Shown: positions 53,801 to 63,812 of the stretch, one piece after another
Layout of the letters: every line of letters starts with the position of its first letter
Numbering within the stretch: position 1 is the stretch's first letter
Assembly (NCBI GenBank): GCA_963522565.1
Contig: CAUQZC010000011.1
Location: 19,764 to 83,763, forward strand
Source: an uncultured Brevundimonas sp.
GTDB taxonomy: Bacteria > Pseudomonadota > Alphaproteobacteria > Caulobacterales > Caulobacteraceae
Reading direction: 5' to 3'
DNA: 64,000 nt
Made by a program: the position numbers and the translations under genes
The notes under the pieces: generated by a model
Databases searched by the model: none
The model's input: only the letters and a program-made list of their open reading frames with translations
What the model was told of the DNA's origin: nothing

Positions 53801-54236
53801 GCACCGTCGGTCCCTGTTCCGGCACGGCTGGTTCGGCAAGCTGGCCCTGCCCAGCCTGTGGCTGTTCCAGATCATGGGGCAGGTGCTGGCGCCTTTGATC
53901 GACCTGCAGATGCTTTTCGCGCTGGTCGTGCAGGGGCTGACATGGCTGTCGACGCTGCAGCATTCGGATGTCAGCGCCGCGCCCGATCCCATGCTGTGGT
54001 TCACCCTGGCCGTCTATGTGGCCTTCACCGGGCTGGAGCTGCTGGCGGGCTGGATCGCCTATGGGTTTGATCGTGAGAAGCGCGGCGACCTGTGGCTGCT
54101 GCCGACCCAGCGGTTCGTCTATCGCCAGATCATGTACATCGTCGTCTGGCGCGCCCTGACACGCGCGCTGTCAGGGCTGGGCCAGGCCTGGGGCAAGCTG
54201 CACCGCACCGGCGACGTGACCCTGCCGAACGGCTAG
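50814..54236 (+). CDS. GH18 + polysaccharide deacetylase (CE4) + GT2 fusion polysaccharide synthase
   Basis: GLQIDFE and MAYDEH (GH18); LTFDDGP, HEIGNHSFTH, FRPPY, LLHD (CE4); DDGS, DADT, EDMD, QRFRW (processive GT2). Confidence 0.92.
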   Translation: MSDPSRSDHQEPSVFLDATGRRARRLRWTAVAAACLATLVLVSFIASLVILPRLTGMSFTAPAQTAFARHLHGAEHALLRHIAVEDRRKAPAAAGPDAAIAGAWFAPWEDGALDSFVRHAKSLTHVYPTWIQVRPDGQDILTTDWNPRTSPTTNALVAAARKNGVRIVPVVSNATEGRFDSDRIEQMLAPGNSQRVMDRLVSFVQTNQFAGLQIDFELMTPSQIARLTPWLAQLRRRLNDQGGELSITLEVGMSDHDIKVLADVVDYAAIMAYDEHGEDSHPGPISSIGFVDAALERFTRLVPANRLVLGVGVYAYDWRDDGSAAESLTTTAALAAARGYRPDDDPAKVMDFDDKALQPTFRYTDDQGIKHEVWLQDATSVANAMTISRGRGLRGAALWALGEEDPATWRIFGRSAAPQGQLSSALSDVTLKQQITFTGKGELLNVIDTPHPGQRSVEVDPTSGLIVDEVWKRWPSAWTVRRTGAPDHTLALTFDDGPDPEWTPKVLDILKAKGVKATFFMIGGNAAANPGLVRRVRAEGHEIGNHSFTHPNMAHVDDKRVQLELTATDRALESILHRQITLFRPPYNADSEPQSYGEILPIAVASRLGYTTAGESIDPNDWNLTRIGPDGEPRRLQPQQIIDDVLAQADAGHAVLLHDAGGDRSATVAALPALIDALRARGYQLTTIGGLVGRTPDQTMPPLPANERSLIAADSAAFGFSHFMGVVLFWGFTLAIALGLARIVLMLALASRRRRRPPEQVEGAVPPRIDVLVAAYNEETVINRTLSSLLACTGVDVRVIVIDDGSTDGTLQAVESAYGADPRVLIRTKPNGGKASALNLALTQATAPVVVGVDADTQLSIDALARLAAWFVDPAIGAVAGNVKVGNRRGLVTRWQSIEYITSQNIDRRALALLNAVTVVPGAIGAWRTEGLKALGGYRSDTLAEDMDLTWRVREAGWVIANEPEALAFTEAPSGLNGLLKQRFRWSFGTLQCLWKHRRSLFRHGWFGKLALPSLWLFQIMGQVLAPLIDLQMLFALVVQGLTWLSTLQHSDVSAAPDPMLWFTLAVYVAFTGLELLAGWIAYGFDREKRGDLWLLPTQRFVYRQIMYIVVWRALTRALSGLGQAWGKLHRTGDVTLPNG

Positions 54237-54418
54237 GGCCAAGCATATCCTCCGTCATTCCGGGTCGTCCGCAGGACGAACCCGGAACCCAGGAGGCTCG
54301 CATCCGCCGTTGAATGCGTCTGGCGGCGCTGCCGTAGTCCTGGGTTCCGGGTTCCTCGCTCCGCTCAGCCCCGGAATGACGATCTGGGAGGTCGTCGCTG
54401 AATGCCGGTTGAACCGGG
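54233..54418. mobile_element. Family A element at GT2-fusion stop
   Basis: CTAGGGCCAA..CGTCATTCCGGG...CCCGGAATGACG..TGAATGCCGGTTGAACC. Confidence 0.8.
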
Positions 54419-54436
54419 GCGTCGTGCGGCGGCGGT

Positions 54437-55852
54437 TCAGCGCGTCTGGATCGCCGCCGTCGCCACGGTCTTGACCTTCAGGCCGGGAGCTTCGGTGAAG
54501 ACCAGATCGGTGACGCCGAAATATTCGGACTGGTTGTTGGCGCACCAGTCGGTGGTGACGATGCGCAGCGGACCTGTCGCGGGGCCGTCCAGCGTCGTCC
54601 CATAGACGAAGTCGCCCAGGCGGTCGGCGAAGGGGATGGGACGGTCCTGATTGGCGCGGCGCATCAACTGGGCCAGGCGTTCAGGCGTCACCTCGGCGAC
54701 CATCAGCTTGCCGTCGAAACGGACGACGGAATCGAAGGCGTAGCGCGTGACCGGACCCTCAGCCAGACCTGTGCCAAGCGTGGTGTGGCCGATGAAGCCG
54801 GCGTGCGCGTCTGCGGCCCGGGCCAGGGCGGCGGCGACGGCGCGGCCGGTGTCGCCCAGCGACAGGGCGGCGGGCGACACGCCCAGTACGGCGGTTTCCT
54901 CCGGCGTCAGGGTGGCGGCCAGGGTCGAGGCGATCAGGCCTGCAATGCGCGGCGAGGGCGCCGCTGTCGCAGAGACCGGCGTGGACACGACGTCCGCCGT
55001 GCCGTCGGTCCGCATCGTCAGGGTCGTATAGGCCGCCGCCCAGGAGCCGGTGTGGGCATACAGGCTGCGGCCCTGGCGGTGCTGGAACAGCAGGTGGTTA
55101 TGGCCGCCGATCATGTGCGCGCCGTCCGGCAGCAGGGGCAGGATCTCGCGGTCCTTGGACACGCCTGAGTGGCTGAGCACCAGAACGGGGTCTGCGTTAT
55201 GGATCGCCTCGGCCAGATGGGCCCGCGCCCATTCGCCGGGGACCGGCACGTTCAGGCTGGGGCGGCTGGCGGCGGGATAGGTGTTGATCGAGTTCGTGCC
55301 CACGCCGACGACACGCAGGGCGCGGTTCGGACCAAACGGGATGTCGGCGGTCGAGGGCGCGAACAGCGCGCCGGTTCGGTTGTCGGTGATGTTCGTGACG
55401 ACCGTAACGCCCAGCGCCCGCAGGCGGGCGACGACTTCTGACAGGTCGGTCGTGATGTCGTTGTCGTGGTTGCCGATGTTGAAGACGGTCGGCGCAAGCT
55501 TCGGCAGCTCCGCCAGAAACGCCCAGTCGATGACGCCGCCGGAGCGGACCGCAACGACATTGCCGTGTTCGAAACAGTCGCCGTCGATCGCGATGACATG
55601 AGGAACGGGCTGGGACGCGACCTCGGCCTCCAGCGCCGCCAGCAGCGGGCCCAGGCGGTCATAGGCGGAGTGAATGTCCGACATCGCCAGAATGCGGCCC
55701 ATGACGGGGGCGGCGTTGACGGCGGGCGAATCCGCTTGAGCTGTGCGGACGAAGACGGGCACGGCGAAGGCGGCTGCAGCCAGCCCCTGCAGCAGGCGTC
55801 GGCGGTGGGGCAGGGGGGTGAAGCTTGGCACGGCCGAGTTTAATTCCACCAA
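54437..55852 (-). CDS. Tat-exported metallophosphoesterase/5'-nucleotidase
   Basis: RRRLL signal; SDIH, DGD, GNHD, SH, GGHNH motifs; start uncertain. Confidence 0.85.
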   Translation of the reverse strand: MVELNSAVPSFTPLPHRRRLLQGLAAAAFAVPVFVRTAQADSPAVNAAPVMGRILAMSDIHSAYDRLGPLLAALEAEVASQPVPHVIAIDGDCFEHGNVVAVRSGGVIDWAFLAELPKLAPTVFNIGNHDNDITTDLSEVVARLRALGVTVVTNITDNRTGALFAPSTADIPFGPNRALRVVGVGTNSINTYPAASRPSLNVPVPGEWARAHLAEAIHNADPVLVLSHSGVSKDREILPLLPDGAHMIGGHNHLLFQHRQGRSLYAHTGSWAAAYTTLTMRTDGTADVVSTPVSATAAPSPRIAGLIASTLAATLTPEETAVLGVSPAALSLGDTGRAVAAALARAADAHAGFIGHTTLGTGLAEGPVTRYAFDSVVRFDGKLMVAEVTPERLAQLMRRANQDRPIPFADRLGDFVYGTTLDGPATGPLRIVTTDWCANNQSEYFGVTDLVFTEAPGLKVKTVATAAIQTR

Positions 55853-56021
55853 ATTCCATGCGGCGCAACGTCTGGGGGCTGGATTGCACGGCTGAGGCGG
55901 CTGTTTTCCGCGGCCTGTGGTCGCGTCTTCAAATCTTCATAGAAGAACAGTGTTCATAGATGGAGGTTCGTCTGCGTCGCGCCTAGAGGGAGCCGCTTCT
56001 TCCCCGGGGATACTCACTTTC

Positions 56022-58262
56022 ATGACACATCGTCTCATCGCGCTGGCCGTATCGGTCAGCGGCCTCGCGCTTCTTCTGGCTGCACCCGCCATGGCCCAGT
56101 CGGCCGATGCGCCGTCGAACGCCGCCAACATCGACGACATCGTCGTCACCGCCCAGCGCCGCAGCGAGAACATCCGTGAAGTGCCGTTTGCGGTCACGGC
56201 GATGAACCAGGAAACCCTGTCGACGGTCGCCGCGGGCGGCGCCGACATCCTGTCGCTGTCGGGGCGCGTTCCCAGCCTGCAGGTCGAAAGCTCGAACGGC
56301 CGTTACGCCCCGCGCTTCTATATCCGCGGCCTGGGCAATGTGGACTTTGACTTCACCGCCTCGCAGCCGGTGTCGGTCGTGCTGGACGATGTGGTTCTGG
56401 AAAGCGTCTATCTGAAGGGGTTTCCCCTGTTCGACGTGCAGCAGCTGGAAGTGCTGCGCGGTCCGCAGGGCACCCTGTTCGGCCGCAACACCCCGGCGGG
56501 CGTGGTCAAGATCGACACCGTCAAGCCGTCGGACGACCTGACGGGCTTTGGCTCGGTCGCCTATGGCAATCTGGGTTCGACCCGCGCCGAGGGCGGCGTC
56601 ACCCTGCCGCTGTCGGACACGCTGTCGATGCGCGTGTCGGGTCTGTGGAACCACCGCGATGACTGGGTCAACAACGCCTATGACGCGCCCTTCGCCAAGA
56701 AGGACGGCAAGGACCTGGGCAATTTCGACGACATCGCAGGCCGTGTTCACGTCGCCTGGACGCCGACCGAACGTCTGTCCGCCCTGCTGACCCTGCAGGC
56801 CCGCGACTATGACGGCACCGGCACGATGAACCGAGCCAATGTCCTGACCAAGGGCTCCAACAAGCTGAACGACAACTTCGACCGCGAGACGGTCTGGTAC
56901 GACGGCGGCCGCAACAACTTCCAGCGTCAGAAGACGACCTCGGAAACCCTGCAGGTCCACTATGACTTCGGCGCCGCGACCCTGACGGGCGTGGTCGGTT
57001 CGTACCAGGGTTCGTCGGCGGGCGATGGCGACATCGACGGCGGCGTGGCCTCGGCCCCGGCCGGGTCGTCCTACAAGACGCCGTACAATGTCGAGAGCGG
57101 CACCCTGTCCAGCAAGCTGCAGCAGAACACCTATGAGCTGCGCCTGGCCTCGAACGGCGACAACCGCCTGGGCTGGCAGGTCGGCGCCTTCTACTGGCAG
57201 GAGCGGATCAACCTGGTCTCGGGCACCTTCAACGGCGTGGGCGGTCTGCAGCCGACCAAGGTCACCGACATCGTTCAGAAGTCGGATTCCTGGTCCGTGT
57301 TCGGCCAGGCCAACTACCGTGTGACCGACGCCCTGAAGGTGACGGCGGGTGTTCGCTACACCGAGGACAACCGCGACTATCTGGGCCGCATCACCATCGG
57401 CGCCCCCGTGAACGGCCAGGGCGCGATCTCGGTCGGCGACGAGCAGGTCAGCTGGGACGTCAGCGCCCTGTACGAAGTCAACGACGCGCTGAACCTGTTC
57501 GCCCGCGTGGCCAAGGGCTATCGCGGTCCGTCGATCCAGGGCCGCAACCTGCCGGTCCTGACCACGGCCAACTCGGAAACCGTGATGTCCTATGAAGCCG
57601 GCTTCAAGAGCCGTCTGTGGGATGGACGCGCGCGTCTGAACGGCACGGCCTACATCTATGAAGTCGACGACATGCAGTTCACCGCCATCGGCGGCGCCGA
57701 CAACTCCAACCGCCTGATCAACGCCGACAAGGGCGAAGGCTATGGCGTCGAATTCGACGGCGACGTCTATCTGGGCGCGGGTTTCAGCCTGTCGGCAGGC
57801 GCGGCGTGGAACCACACCGAGATCAATGACAAGAACCTGCTGGTCGCCATCTGCACCGGCGGCTGCACGGTCATCGATCCGATCGTCAACGTCGCCGGCC
57901 AGAACCGCGCCCGGATCGACGGCAACCCGTTCCCGCAGGCGCCGGAATACACCGCCAACCTGACGCTGAATTACGTCCGGGCCCTGGGCAACGACACCGA
58001 GCTGTTCGCCTCGACCGACTGGGTTATGCAGAAGGACTACAACCTGTTCCTCTACCAATCGGTCGAGTTCCAGCAGGACACCAGCTTCGAAGGCGGCCTG
58101 CGCGCGGGCTGGCGTGACCTGAACCGGGGTCTGGAAGCCGCTGCCTATGTCCGCAACATCACCGATGAAGCCAATGTCATCGGCGGCATCGACTTCAACA
58201 ACCTGACGGCCTTCGTCAACGAACCCCGCACCTACGGCGTTCAACTGAGCAAGCGCTTCTAA
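56022..58262 (+). CDS. TonB-dependent receptor
   Basis: Signal peptide, DIVVTAQRR TonB box, EVLRGPQGTLFGRN, C-terminal PRTYGVQLSKRF. Confidence 0.96.
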   Translation: MTHRLIALAVSVSGLALLLAAPAMAQSADAPSNAANIDDIVVTAQRRSENIREVPFAVTAMNQETLSTVAAGGADILSLSGRVPSLQVESSNGRYAPRFYIRGLGNVDFDFTASQPVSVVLDDVVLESVYLKGFPLFDVQQLEVLRGPQGTLFGRNTPAGVVKIDTVKPSDDLTGFGSVAYGNLGSTRAEGGVTLPLSDTLSMRVSGLWNHRDDWVNNAYDAPFAKKDGKDLGNFDDIAGRVHVAWTPTERLSALLTLQARDYDGTGTMNRANVLTKGSNKLNDNFDRETVWYDGGRNNFQRQKTTSETLQVHYDFGAATLTGVVGSYQGSSAGDGDIDGGVASAPAGSSYKTPYNVESGTLSSKLQQNTYELRLASNGDNRLGWQVGAFYWQERINLVSGTFNGVGGLQPTKVTDIVQKSDSWSVFGQANYRVTDALKVTAGVRYTEDNRDYLGRITIGAPVNGQGAISVGDEQVSWDVSALYEVNDALNLFARVAKGYRGPSIQGRNLPVLTTANSETVMSYEAGFKSRLWDGRARLNGTAYIYEVDDMQFTAIGGADNSNRLINADKGEGYGVEFDGDVYLGAGFSLSAGAAWNHTEINDKNLLVAICTGGCTVIDPIVNVAGQNRARIDGNPFPQAPEYTANLTLNYVRALGNDTELFASTDWVMQKDYNLFLYQSVEFQQDTSFEGGLRAGWRDLNRGLEAAAYVRNITDEANVIGGIDFNNLTAFVNEPRTYGVQLSKRF

Positions 58263-58265
58263 GAC

Positions 58266-58355
58266 CAGGAGCCTGATCGGGCAGATGGAATCGCCTGGCG
58301 GCTTCACGCCGGCTTCCGGATCGCGATTTCGTCGACGCCATGGATCAGGCTCCAG
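58266..58355. repeat. Family B (CIR-like) palindromic element
   Basis: GGAGCCTGATC...GATCAGGCTCC terminal IR; GAATC at 58288. Confidence 0.65.
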
Positions 58356-58518
58356 ATTTAACGATCATGCTCCAGGTGTCGAAGCCATGAAGGTTTCTCA
58401 CCCGAGGGGCGTGCTTCGAATCTGGGGTTGTGACTCCCTGGTTTCGCAAGCCGCGCCTCGGGCGGGCGCATGGCTTTCCGCATCGCGCTGGCCTTTGCGA
58501 TCTTCGCCAGTCGGGCCG

Positions 58519-58570
58519 CCCCCACCCTGTCTCGCCGGGCTCGACCTCCCTCCCCGGAAGGGGAGGGAGA
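58519..58570. repeat. REP-like element
   Basis: CCCCCACCC followed by the hairpin CTCCCTCCCC-GGAA-GGGGAGGGAG. Confidence 0.6.
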
Positions 58571-58580
58571 TGGCACGAGG

Positions 58581-59003
58581 TCAGTCCGCCAGCGCCGCCT
58601 GTCCGCGCCCGATCGCCTCGTCCGTCGTCAGGGTGTCGGTGGGGGGATAGGCGGCGCAGGCCACGGCCAGCAGTTCGGCTGCATCGCCGCCGGGAGCGGC
58701 GGGATAGGCGGGGGCGGCGTCAGGGGTGGCGGGGCCTTCGGTTCCGTCGGCGCGCAGGGATGAGAAGTCCAGGCGGTCGGCCGTCATGGCCCGGCAGTCG
58801 AACGCCCACCGCGACCAGCCGCCGACATAGATGACGTCGCCGACCTTGAACCCCGTCTCGGCCACCTGAAGCTCGCGCATCCGGGCGATGTCGCCCTCGC
58901 GTGCGATGGAGTTCACATCCGCATAGATGGCGAAACGGCCGACGCCGACGGGCACGAGCGCGGGTGCGGGGTCGGCCAGAAGGGCCAGCATCAGGCTTAT
59001 CAT
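58581..59003 (-). CDS. Hypothetical exported protein (surface-adhesin-E-like fold possible)
   Basis: ATGA overlap with smc; YADVNSI..GD, FDC, VAC pattern. Confidence 0.65.
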   Translation of the reverse strand: MISLMLALLADPAPALVPVGVGRFAIYADVNSIAREGDIARMRELQVAETGFKVGDVIYVGGWSRWAFDCRAMTADRLDFSSLRADGTEGPATPDAAPAYPAAPGGDAAELLAVACAAYPPTDTLTTDEAIGRGQAALAD

Positions 59004-62000
59004 GCGACCAGGGTCTCGGCTTGATTCAGGTCCACGCTGACCAGCTGGCTCATGCCGCGTTCGGGCATGGTGACGCCGTAGAGGCGGTCCATCCGGCTCA
59101 TGGTGACGGGGTTGTGGGTGATGACGATGAAGCGGGTGTCGGTGCGGCTGCGCATCTCGTGCAGCATCCGGCAGAAGCGGTCCACGTTGGCGTCGTCCAG
59201 CGGAGCGTCGACCTCGTCCAGAACGCAGACGGGCGCCGGGTTGGCCAGGAAGACGCCGAAGATCAGGGCCGCCGCCGTCAGGGCCTGTTCGCCGCCGCTC
59301 ATCAGGCTCATGACCGACAGCCGCTTGCCGGGCGGGCAGGCGTAGATCTCCAGCCCCGCCTCCAACGGGTCGTCGCTCTCGACCAGCTTCAGCTCGGCCT
59401 GACCGCCGCCGAACAGGGCCTCGAACAGGGTCTTGAAGTTGGTGTTGATGACGTCGAAGGCGGCGACCAGCCGCTCGCGCCCCTCGGCGTTCAGCTCGTC
59501 GATGCCGTCACGCAGCTTGGCGATGGCCTGGGTCAGGTCGATGCGCTCGGACTTCATGCTGTTCAACCGCTCGCCGTATTCGACCGCCTCATCCTCGGCG
59601 CGCAGGTTGACGGCGCCCAGGGCCTCGCGCTCGCGCTCCAGCCCGTAGAGCAGGCTCTCGGCCCCGGCGGCGTCGGGCGGGCGGGCGATGGCGTCGTCGG
59701 TCAGCTTCTGGCCCAGCTCCTGCGGCGACATTTGCGCCGTCTCGCGCAGGGTGGCCTCGGCTTCGGCCAGCTTCTCGGCGGCGGCTTCCGACCGGGCGGC
59801 CAGACCGGCGCGGGCCTCTCGGGCCTGAGCGGCGGCGGCGTCGGCGGCGCGGCTGGCGCGGTCGGCCTCGCCCGCCGCCGTGTCGGCCGTGGCCATGGCG
59901 TCGGACGCAGCCTGTTTGCGCTGTTCGGCGGCGGTCAAGGTGTCGAGCAATCTGCCGCGTTGTTCGGCGAAACCCTGGGGCGCGACCTCAGCCTGTTTCA
60001 GCAGGGCGGCGGTCTTGTCGGCGTCCCTGGCCAGGGCGGCGAGGCGGGCGGTGCTGTCCTTGGACCGGCTGACCCAGCCGTCGCGGGCGCGGGTCAGCCC
60101 GCCCAGCCGCTGCTCGCGCCCCTGACGGTCGCGGGCCTCGGCGTCGCGGTCGGAGCGGGCGGTCTGGGCGACGGTGCGGGCCGCGTCGGCGGCGGCGCGG
60201 GCGGCGGTCAGCTCCTCGCGCAGACCGGCGATGGTCTCGGACGGGGCGTCGGCGGTCAGGGCGGCGTCCAGAGCCGCCTTGGCCTCGGCCACCTCGGCCT
60301 CCAGCCGGGTCACGGTGTCGTCCAGAGCCTGGGCGCGGGCCTCGCGGCGGGCCTGTTCGCGGGCCAGATTCTCGACCCGGTCGCGGGCGCCCGTCACGGC
60401 CTTGTCGGCGGCGAAGGGTTTGAGGCGGGCGGCCTTCACGTCCTCCTCGGCGGCGCGGAAGGCGTCGGTGGCGGCCCTCTGGGCCGCCTGCGCCTGATCC
60501 AGGGCCGGTTTGCCCTTGTCGATCTCGGCTTCCAGCTCGGCCAGCCGCGTGCGCTGGGCCAGGCGGACGGCGGCGGGGCGGGGCGCCTCGGCGCGGCTGA
60601 CGAAACCGTCCCAGCGATAGAGGTCGCCCTCGGTCGTCACCAGGCGGGCGCCGGGGGGCAGGGCCTGGGCCAGGCGCGCGGCCTCGGCCCTGGGTGCGAC
60701 GCCGCACAGGGCCAGGCGGGCGGCCAGTTGATCCGGCGCCTGCACATGGGCCGACAGGGGTTCGATCCCGGCGGGCCAGGTCGGGTTCGGCGCATCGGCC
60801 CCGCCCCAATAGGCGGCGGCCTTCGCGTCCAGCGCCGCGTCCAGATCGTCGCCCAGGGCGGCGGCGAGAGCGGCCTCATACCCCTTGTCGGCGCGCACCT
60901 TGTCCAAGGCGGGCGGGTGGTCTCGCTTGCCGGAAACCAACAGCTGGGCCAGGCCGCGCGCCTCGGTCTGGAGCCGCCCCAGACGGTCCTCGGCGGTGCG
61001 GGCGGCGGTGCGGGCCTCCTGCTCAATGCGGGCAAGGTCCCCACGTTTGGCTTCTGCGGCCTCGACCGCTTCGCGGGCGGCGGCCAGTTCGGCCTGGGCG
61101 GCCTCCAGCGCCTGACGGGCGGCCTCCAGCTCCGGGGTCTCCAGCGGCCCCAAGGCCTCGCGTTCGCGCCTGGCCTGATCGTATTGGCCTGTCACGCGCG
61201 CAAGCCAGGCCTCGGCGTCGCGCTTGCGGGCCGTTTCGGCGGCGGCGCGAGCCTCCACGGCGGCGAGCGTCCCGGCCAGACGTTCGACCTCGGCGTCAGC
61301 GGCCTTGCGCGCGTCCTCGGCGGTCAGCAGCGCCTTGTCCAGTTCGGGGCCGCGTTCGGGGGCGGCGGCGATCTCGGCCGTCAGCCGGGTCAGTTCGTGA
61401 TCCAGCCGTTCCAGTTCGCGCCGGGCGTCGGCGGCCATGGCGTCCTCGCGCGCGGTGTCGGCGGCGATGCGGGCGGCCTCGGCCTTCAGGCGGTCCACCT
61501 CGGCGCGGGCGGCCTGTTCGGCCATGTCCAGCCGGTCGCGCTCCAGACTGGCGCGGTGCAGCAGGGCCGAGGCGACCGCGTCCTCCTCCCGCGCGGGCTT
61601 CAAAGCCTCCTGGGCGGTCAGGGCGGCGGTCTGGGCGGCGGCCGCGGCGGTCGTGGTTTCTGCGACGGCCCGGTCGGCCTCGCGCAGTTCGGCGGCGGCG
61701 GCCTCTGCGGCCAGACGCGCGTCATTCCAGCGGACATAGAGCAGGGCGGCCTGAAGGGCGCGAATCTCGGCGCTGATCTTCTTGTATTTTTCGGCCTGAC
61801 GGGCCTCGCGCTTCAGCCGGTTCAGCGCCGTCTCCAGCTCGCGGCCGATGTCGTCCAGCCGGTCCAGATTGGTCTCGGCCGCCTTCAGGCGCAACTCGGC
61901 CTCATGCCGGCGGGTGTGCAGGCCGGCGACGCCGCCCGCCTCTTCCAGAATCCGCCTGCGGTTCTGGGGCTTGGCGGCGATCAGTTCGCTGATCTGGCCC

Positions 62001-62437
62001 TGACGCACCAGGGCGGGGGAGTTGGCGCCGGTCGAGGCGTCGGCGAACAGCAGCTGGACGTCGCGCGCCCGCACCTCCTTGCCGTTGATGCGGTAGGTCG
62101 AGCCCTGGCCCCGGTCGATGCGGCGCGACACCTCCAGAATGGGGCTGTCGGTGAAGGGCTGGGGCGCGCGGCGGGCCGCGTTATCGATGGTCAGGCTGAC
62201 TTCGGCGTGGCTGCGCGGAGGGCGGCCGGCGGCGCCGGCGAAGATCACGTCGTCCATGCCCTGGCCGCGCATGGCCTTGGCCGAGTTGGCGCCCATGACC
62301 CAGCGCAGGCTTTCAAGGACGTTGGACTTGCCGCAGCCGTTCGGCCCGACAATGCCGGTCAGGCCGGATTCAATATGCACTTCCGCCGGGTCGACGAACG
62401 ACTTGAAGCCGACGAGCCGGAGGCGCTGGAACTGCAT
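59000..62437 (-). CDS. smc: Chromosome partition protein SMC
   Basis: GPNGCGKS Walker A, coiled coils and hinge, MSGGE signature, [10 protein letters not shown]. Confidence 0.97.
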   Translation of the reverse strand: MQFQRLRLVGFKSFVDPAEVHIESGLTGIVGPNGCGKSNVLESLRWVMGANSAKAMRGQGMDDVIFAGAAGRPPRSHAEVSLTIDNAARRAPQPFTDSPILEVSRRIDRGQGSTYRINGKEVRARDVQLLFADASTGANSPALVRQGQISELIAAKPQNRRRILEEAGGVAGLHTRRHEAELRLKAAETNLDRLDDIGRELETALNRLKREARQAEKYKKISAEIRALQAALLYVRWNDARLAAEAAAAELREADRAVAETTTAAAAAQTAALTAQEALKPAREEDAVASALLHRASLERDRLDMAEQAARAEVDRLKAEAARIAADTAREDAMAADARRELERLDHELTRLTAEIAAAPERGPELDKALLTAEDARKAADAEVERLAGTLAAVEARAAAETARKRDAEAWLARVTGQYDQARREREALGPLETPELEAARQALEAAQAELAAAREAVEAAEAKRGDLARIEQEARTAARTAEDRLGRLQTEARGLAQLLVSGKRDHPPALDKVRADKGYEAALAAALGDDLDAALDAKAAAYWGGADAPNPTWPAGIEPLSAHVQAPDQLAARLALCGVAPRAEAARLAQALPPGARLVTTEGDLYRWDGFVSRAEAPRPAAVRLAQRTRLAELEAEIDKGKPALDQAQAAQRAATDAFRAAEEDVKAARLKPFAADKAVTGARDRVENLAREQARREARAQALDDTVTRLEAEVAEAKAALDAALTADAPSETIAGLREELTAARAAADAARTVAQTARSDRDAEARDRQGREQRLGGLTRARDGWVSRSKDSTARLAALARDADKTAALLKQAEVAPQGFAEQRGRLLDTLTAAEQRKQAASDAMATADTAAGEADRASRAADAAAAQAREARAGLAARSEAAAEKLAEAEATLRETAQMSPQELGQKLTDDAIARPPDAAGAESLLYGLEREREALGAVNLRAEDEAVEYGERLNSMKSERIDLTQAIAKLRDGIDELNAEGRERLVAAFDVINTNFKTLFEALFGGGQAELKLVESDDPLEAGLEIYACPPGKRLSVMSLMSGGEQALTAAALIFGVFLANPAPVCVLDEVDAPLDDANVDRFCRMLHEMRSRTDTRFIVITHNPVTMSRMDRLYGVTMPERGMSQLVSVDLNQAETLVA

Positions 62438-62449
62438 GAACCTAGAGCG

Positions 62450-63070
62450 TCACCGACGCAGCAGGGGGTCGATGGCGGCGGACAGACCGGCAAGCGAAAT
62501 GTCCGTGACGCGGCGCCCGTTGACGAACAGCGAAGGCGTGCCTTCGACGCCCGCGGCGACCGCGCCTTCGATCTGGGCCTGAAGCGCAGCCAGGGTCGCC
62601 GGTTCGTTCAGGCAGGCGCCGATCTCGTCGCGGGTTCGGCCCGACGCCGTCACGCCGCGCTCGAAATAGGGGCCGGTTCCGGTGGTCGGAAGGGCGGATT
62701 GGGCGGCGAAGAAGGCGTCGATGGTGTCGAAGAACTTGCCCGGCGCCGCGCACTGGGCCACCCCCGCCGCCGCCTGGGCCACATTGGCAGGCGGGGTGGG
62801 CAGGGTGCGATAGACGAACCGCACCTTGCCCGTGTCGATGTAGCGGGTCTTCAGGGCGGGCAGGACGTCGTCGTGCCAGTCCTTGCAGTGCGAGCAGGTC
62901 AGGGAGGCGTATTCGATGAGGGTGACCTGGGCCGTGGACCGGCCCAGGACATGATCCGCCGTCGTCACCGGCGGCGGAGGCGCGTCGGCGGCAAGCGCAG
63001 GGGCCGCCACAAGGGCGAGAGCCAGGGCCAGGGCCAGGGGGGACAGTCCCGTCAACGCGCGCATCATCAT
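62450..63070 (-). CDS. DsbA family thioredoxin-fold protein
   Basis: Signal peptide, EYASLTCSHC, GTP. Confidence 0.9.
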   Translation of the reverse strand: MMMRALTGLSPLALALALALVAAPALAADAPPPPVTTADHVLGRSTAQVTLIEYASLTCSHCKDWHDDVLPALKTRYIDTGKVRFVYRTLPTPPANVAQAAAGVAQCAAPGKFFDTIDAFFAAQSALPTTGTGPYFERGVTASGRTRDEIGACLNEPATLAALQAQIEGAVAAGVEGTPSLFVNGRRVTDISLAGLSAAIDPLLRR

Positions 63071-63071
63071 C

Positions 63072-63716
63072 CTATTTGGCCAGGGCGGCGTCGATGGCGG
63101 CTGACAGGTCGGCCAGGCTGGCGCCCTCGCCGCCGGGCGAGATCACCTGGGTGTCGTTGACGTAGAAGGCCGGGGTGCCGGTCACGCCCTGGGCGCGGGC
63201 GGCCTGGACGCGCTTCTCCATGGCCGCGACGGCGTCCTTGTCGGTGACGCACTGGTTGAACTGTTCTTCCGACAGACCGGCGGCCTGGGCGGTGCGCAGC
63301 AGCCAGTCGCGCGGCGAGGTGGTGATCATCTCCTGCTGGGTCTTCATCAGCTGGTGGACGACGTCGAAATACTTGTCCGGGCCGGCGCAGCGCGCGACCA
63401 GGAAACCGGCGGTGGCGGCGTCGACCGGCGGGGTCGGCAGTTCGCGGAAGACGTAGCGGACCTTGCCCGTATCGACATATTTGGCCTTGAACGCCGGATA
63501 GGTGTTCTCCTGCCACAGGGCGCAGTGCGGGCAGGTGACAGAGGCGTATTCGACCACGGTGACCTTGGCGCCTTCGGCGGCGCCCAGGGCCATGTCGCCT
63601 TCGGCCGCGCCCTTGGCGCCGCCGCCGCAGGCGGCCAGGGCCATGGTCGCCATGGCGGCGCCGGTGATGGCCGCACGTCGGCTCATGCGGGCGAAGCGGG
63701 ATTCAGTCTGGGCCAT
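63072..63716 (-). CDS. DsbA family lipoprotein
   Basis: RR...LAAC lipobox, EYASVTCPHC, GTP; ATG at 63716. Confidence 0.9.
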   Translation of the reverse strand: MAQTESRFARMSRRAAITGAAMATMALAACGGGAKGAAEGDMALGAAEGAKVTVVEYASVTCPHCALWQENTYPAFKAKYVDTGKVRYVFRELPTPPVDAATAGFLVARCAGPDKYFDVVHQLMKTQQEMITTSPRDWLLRTAQAAGLSEEQFNQCVTDKDAVAAMEKRVQAARAQGVTGTPAFYVNDTQVISPGGEGASLADLSAAIDAALAK

Positions 63717-63812
63717 GGGACTTCCTTGATCGGAGCGTTGCCGGATGATCGCGCGATTCCCCTGGAACAACGCAATCCATGATTAGTCGAGAACAGGTGC
63801 GGCGAAGTTTTG

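Noticed and set aside
58285..58650. DUF559 endonuclease remnant (GSRFRRRH, VLRIW)
   Set aside because: The first motif lies inside the family B palindrome and the remaining similarity is too short to support without a search.
62450..63716. Tandem dsbA paralogues as a novel system
   Set aside because: Ordinary DUF721-dsbA-smc context with a simple paralogue pair.
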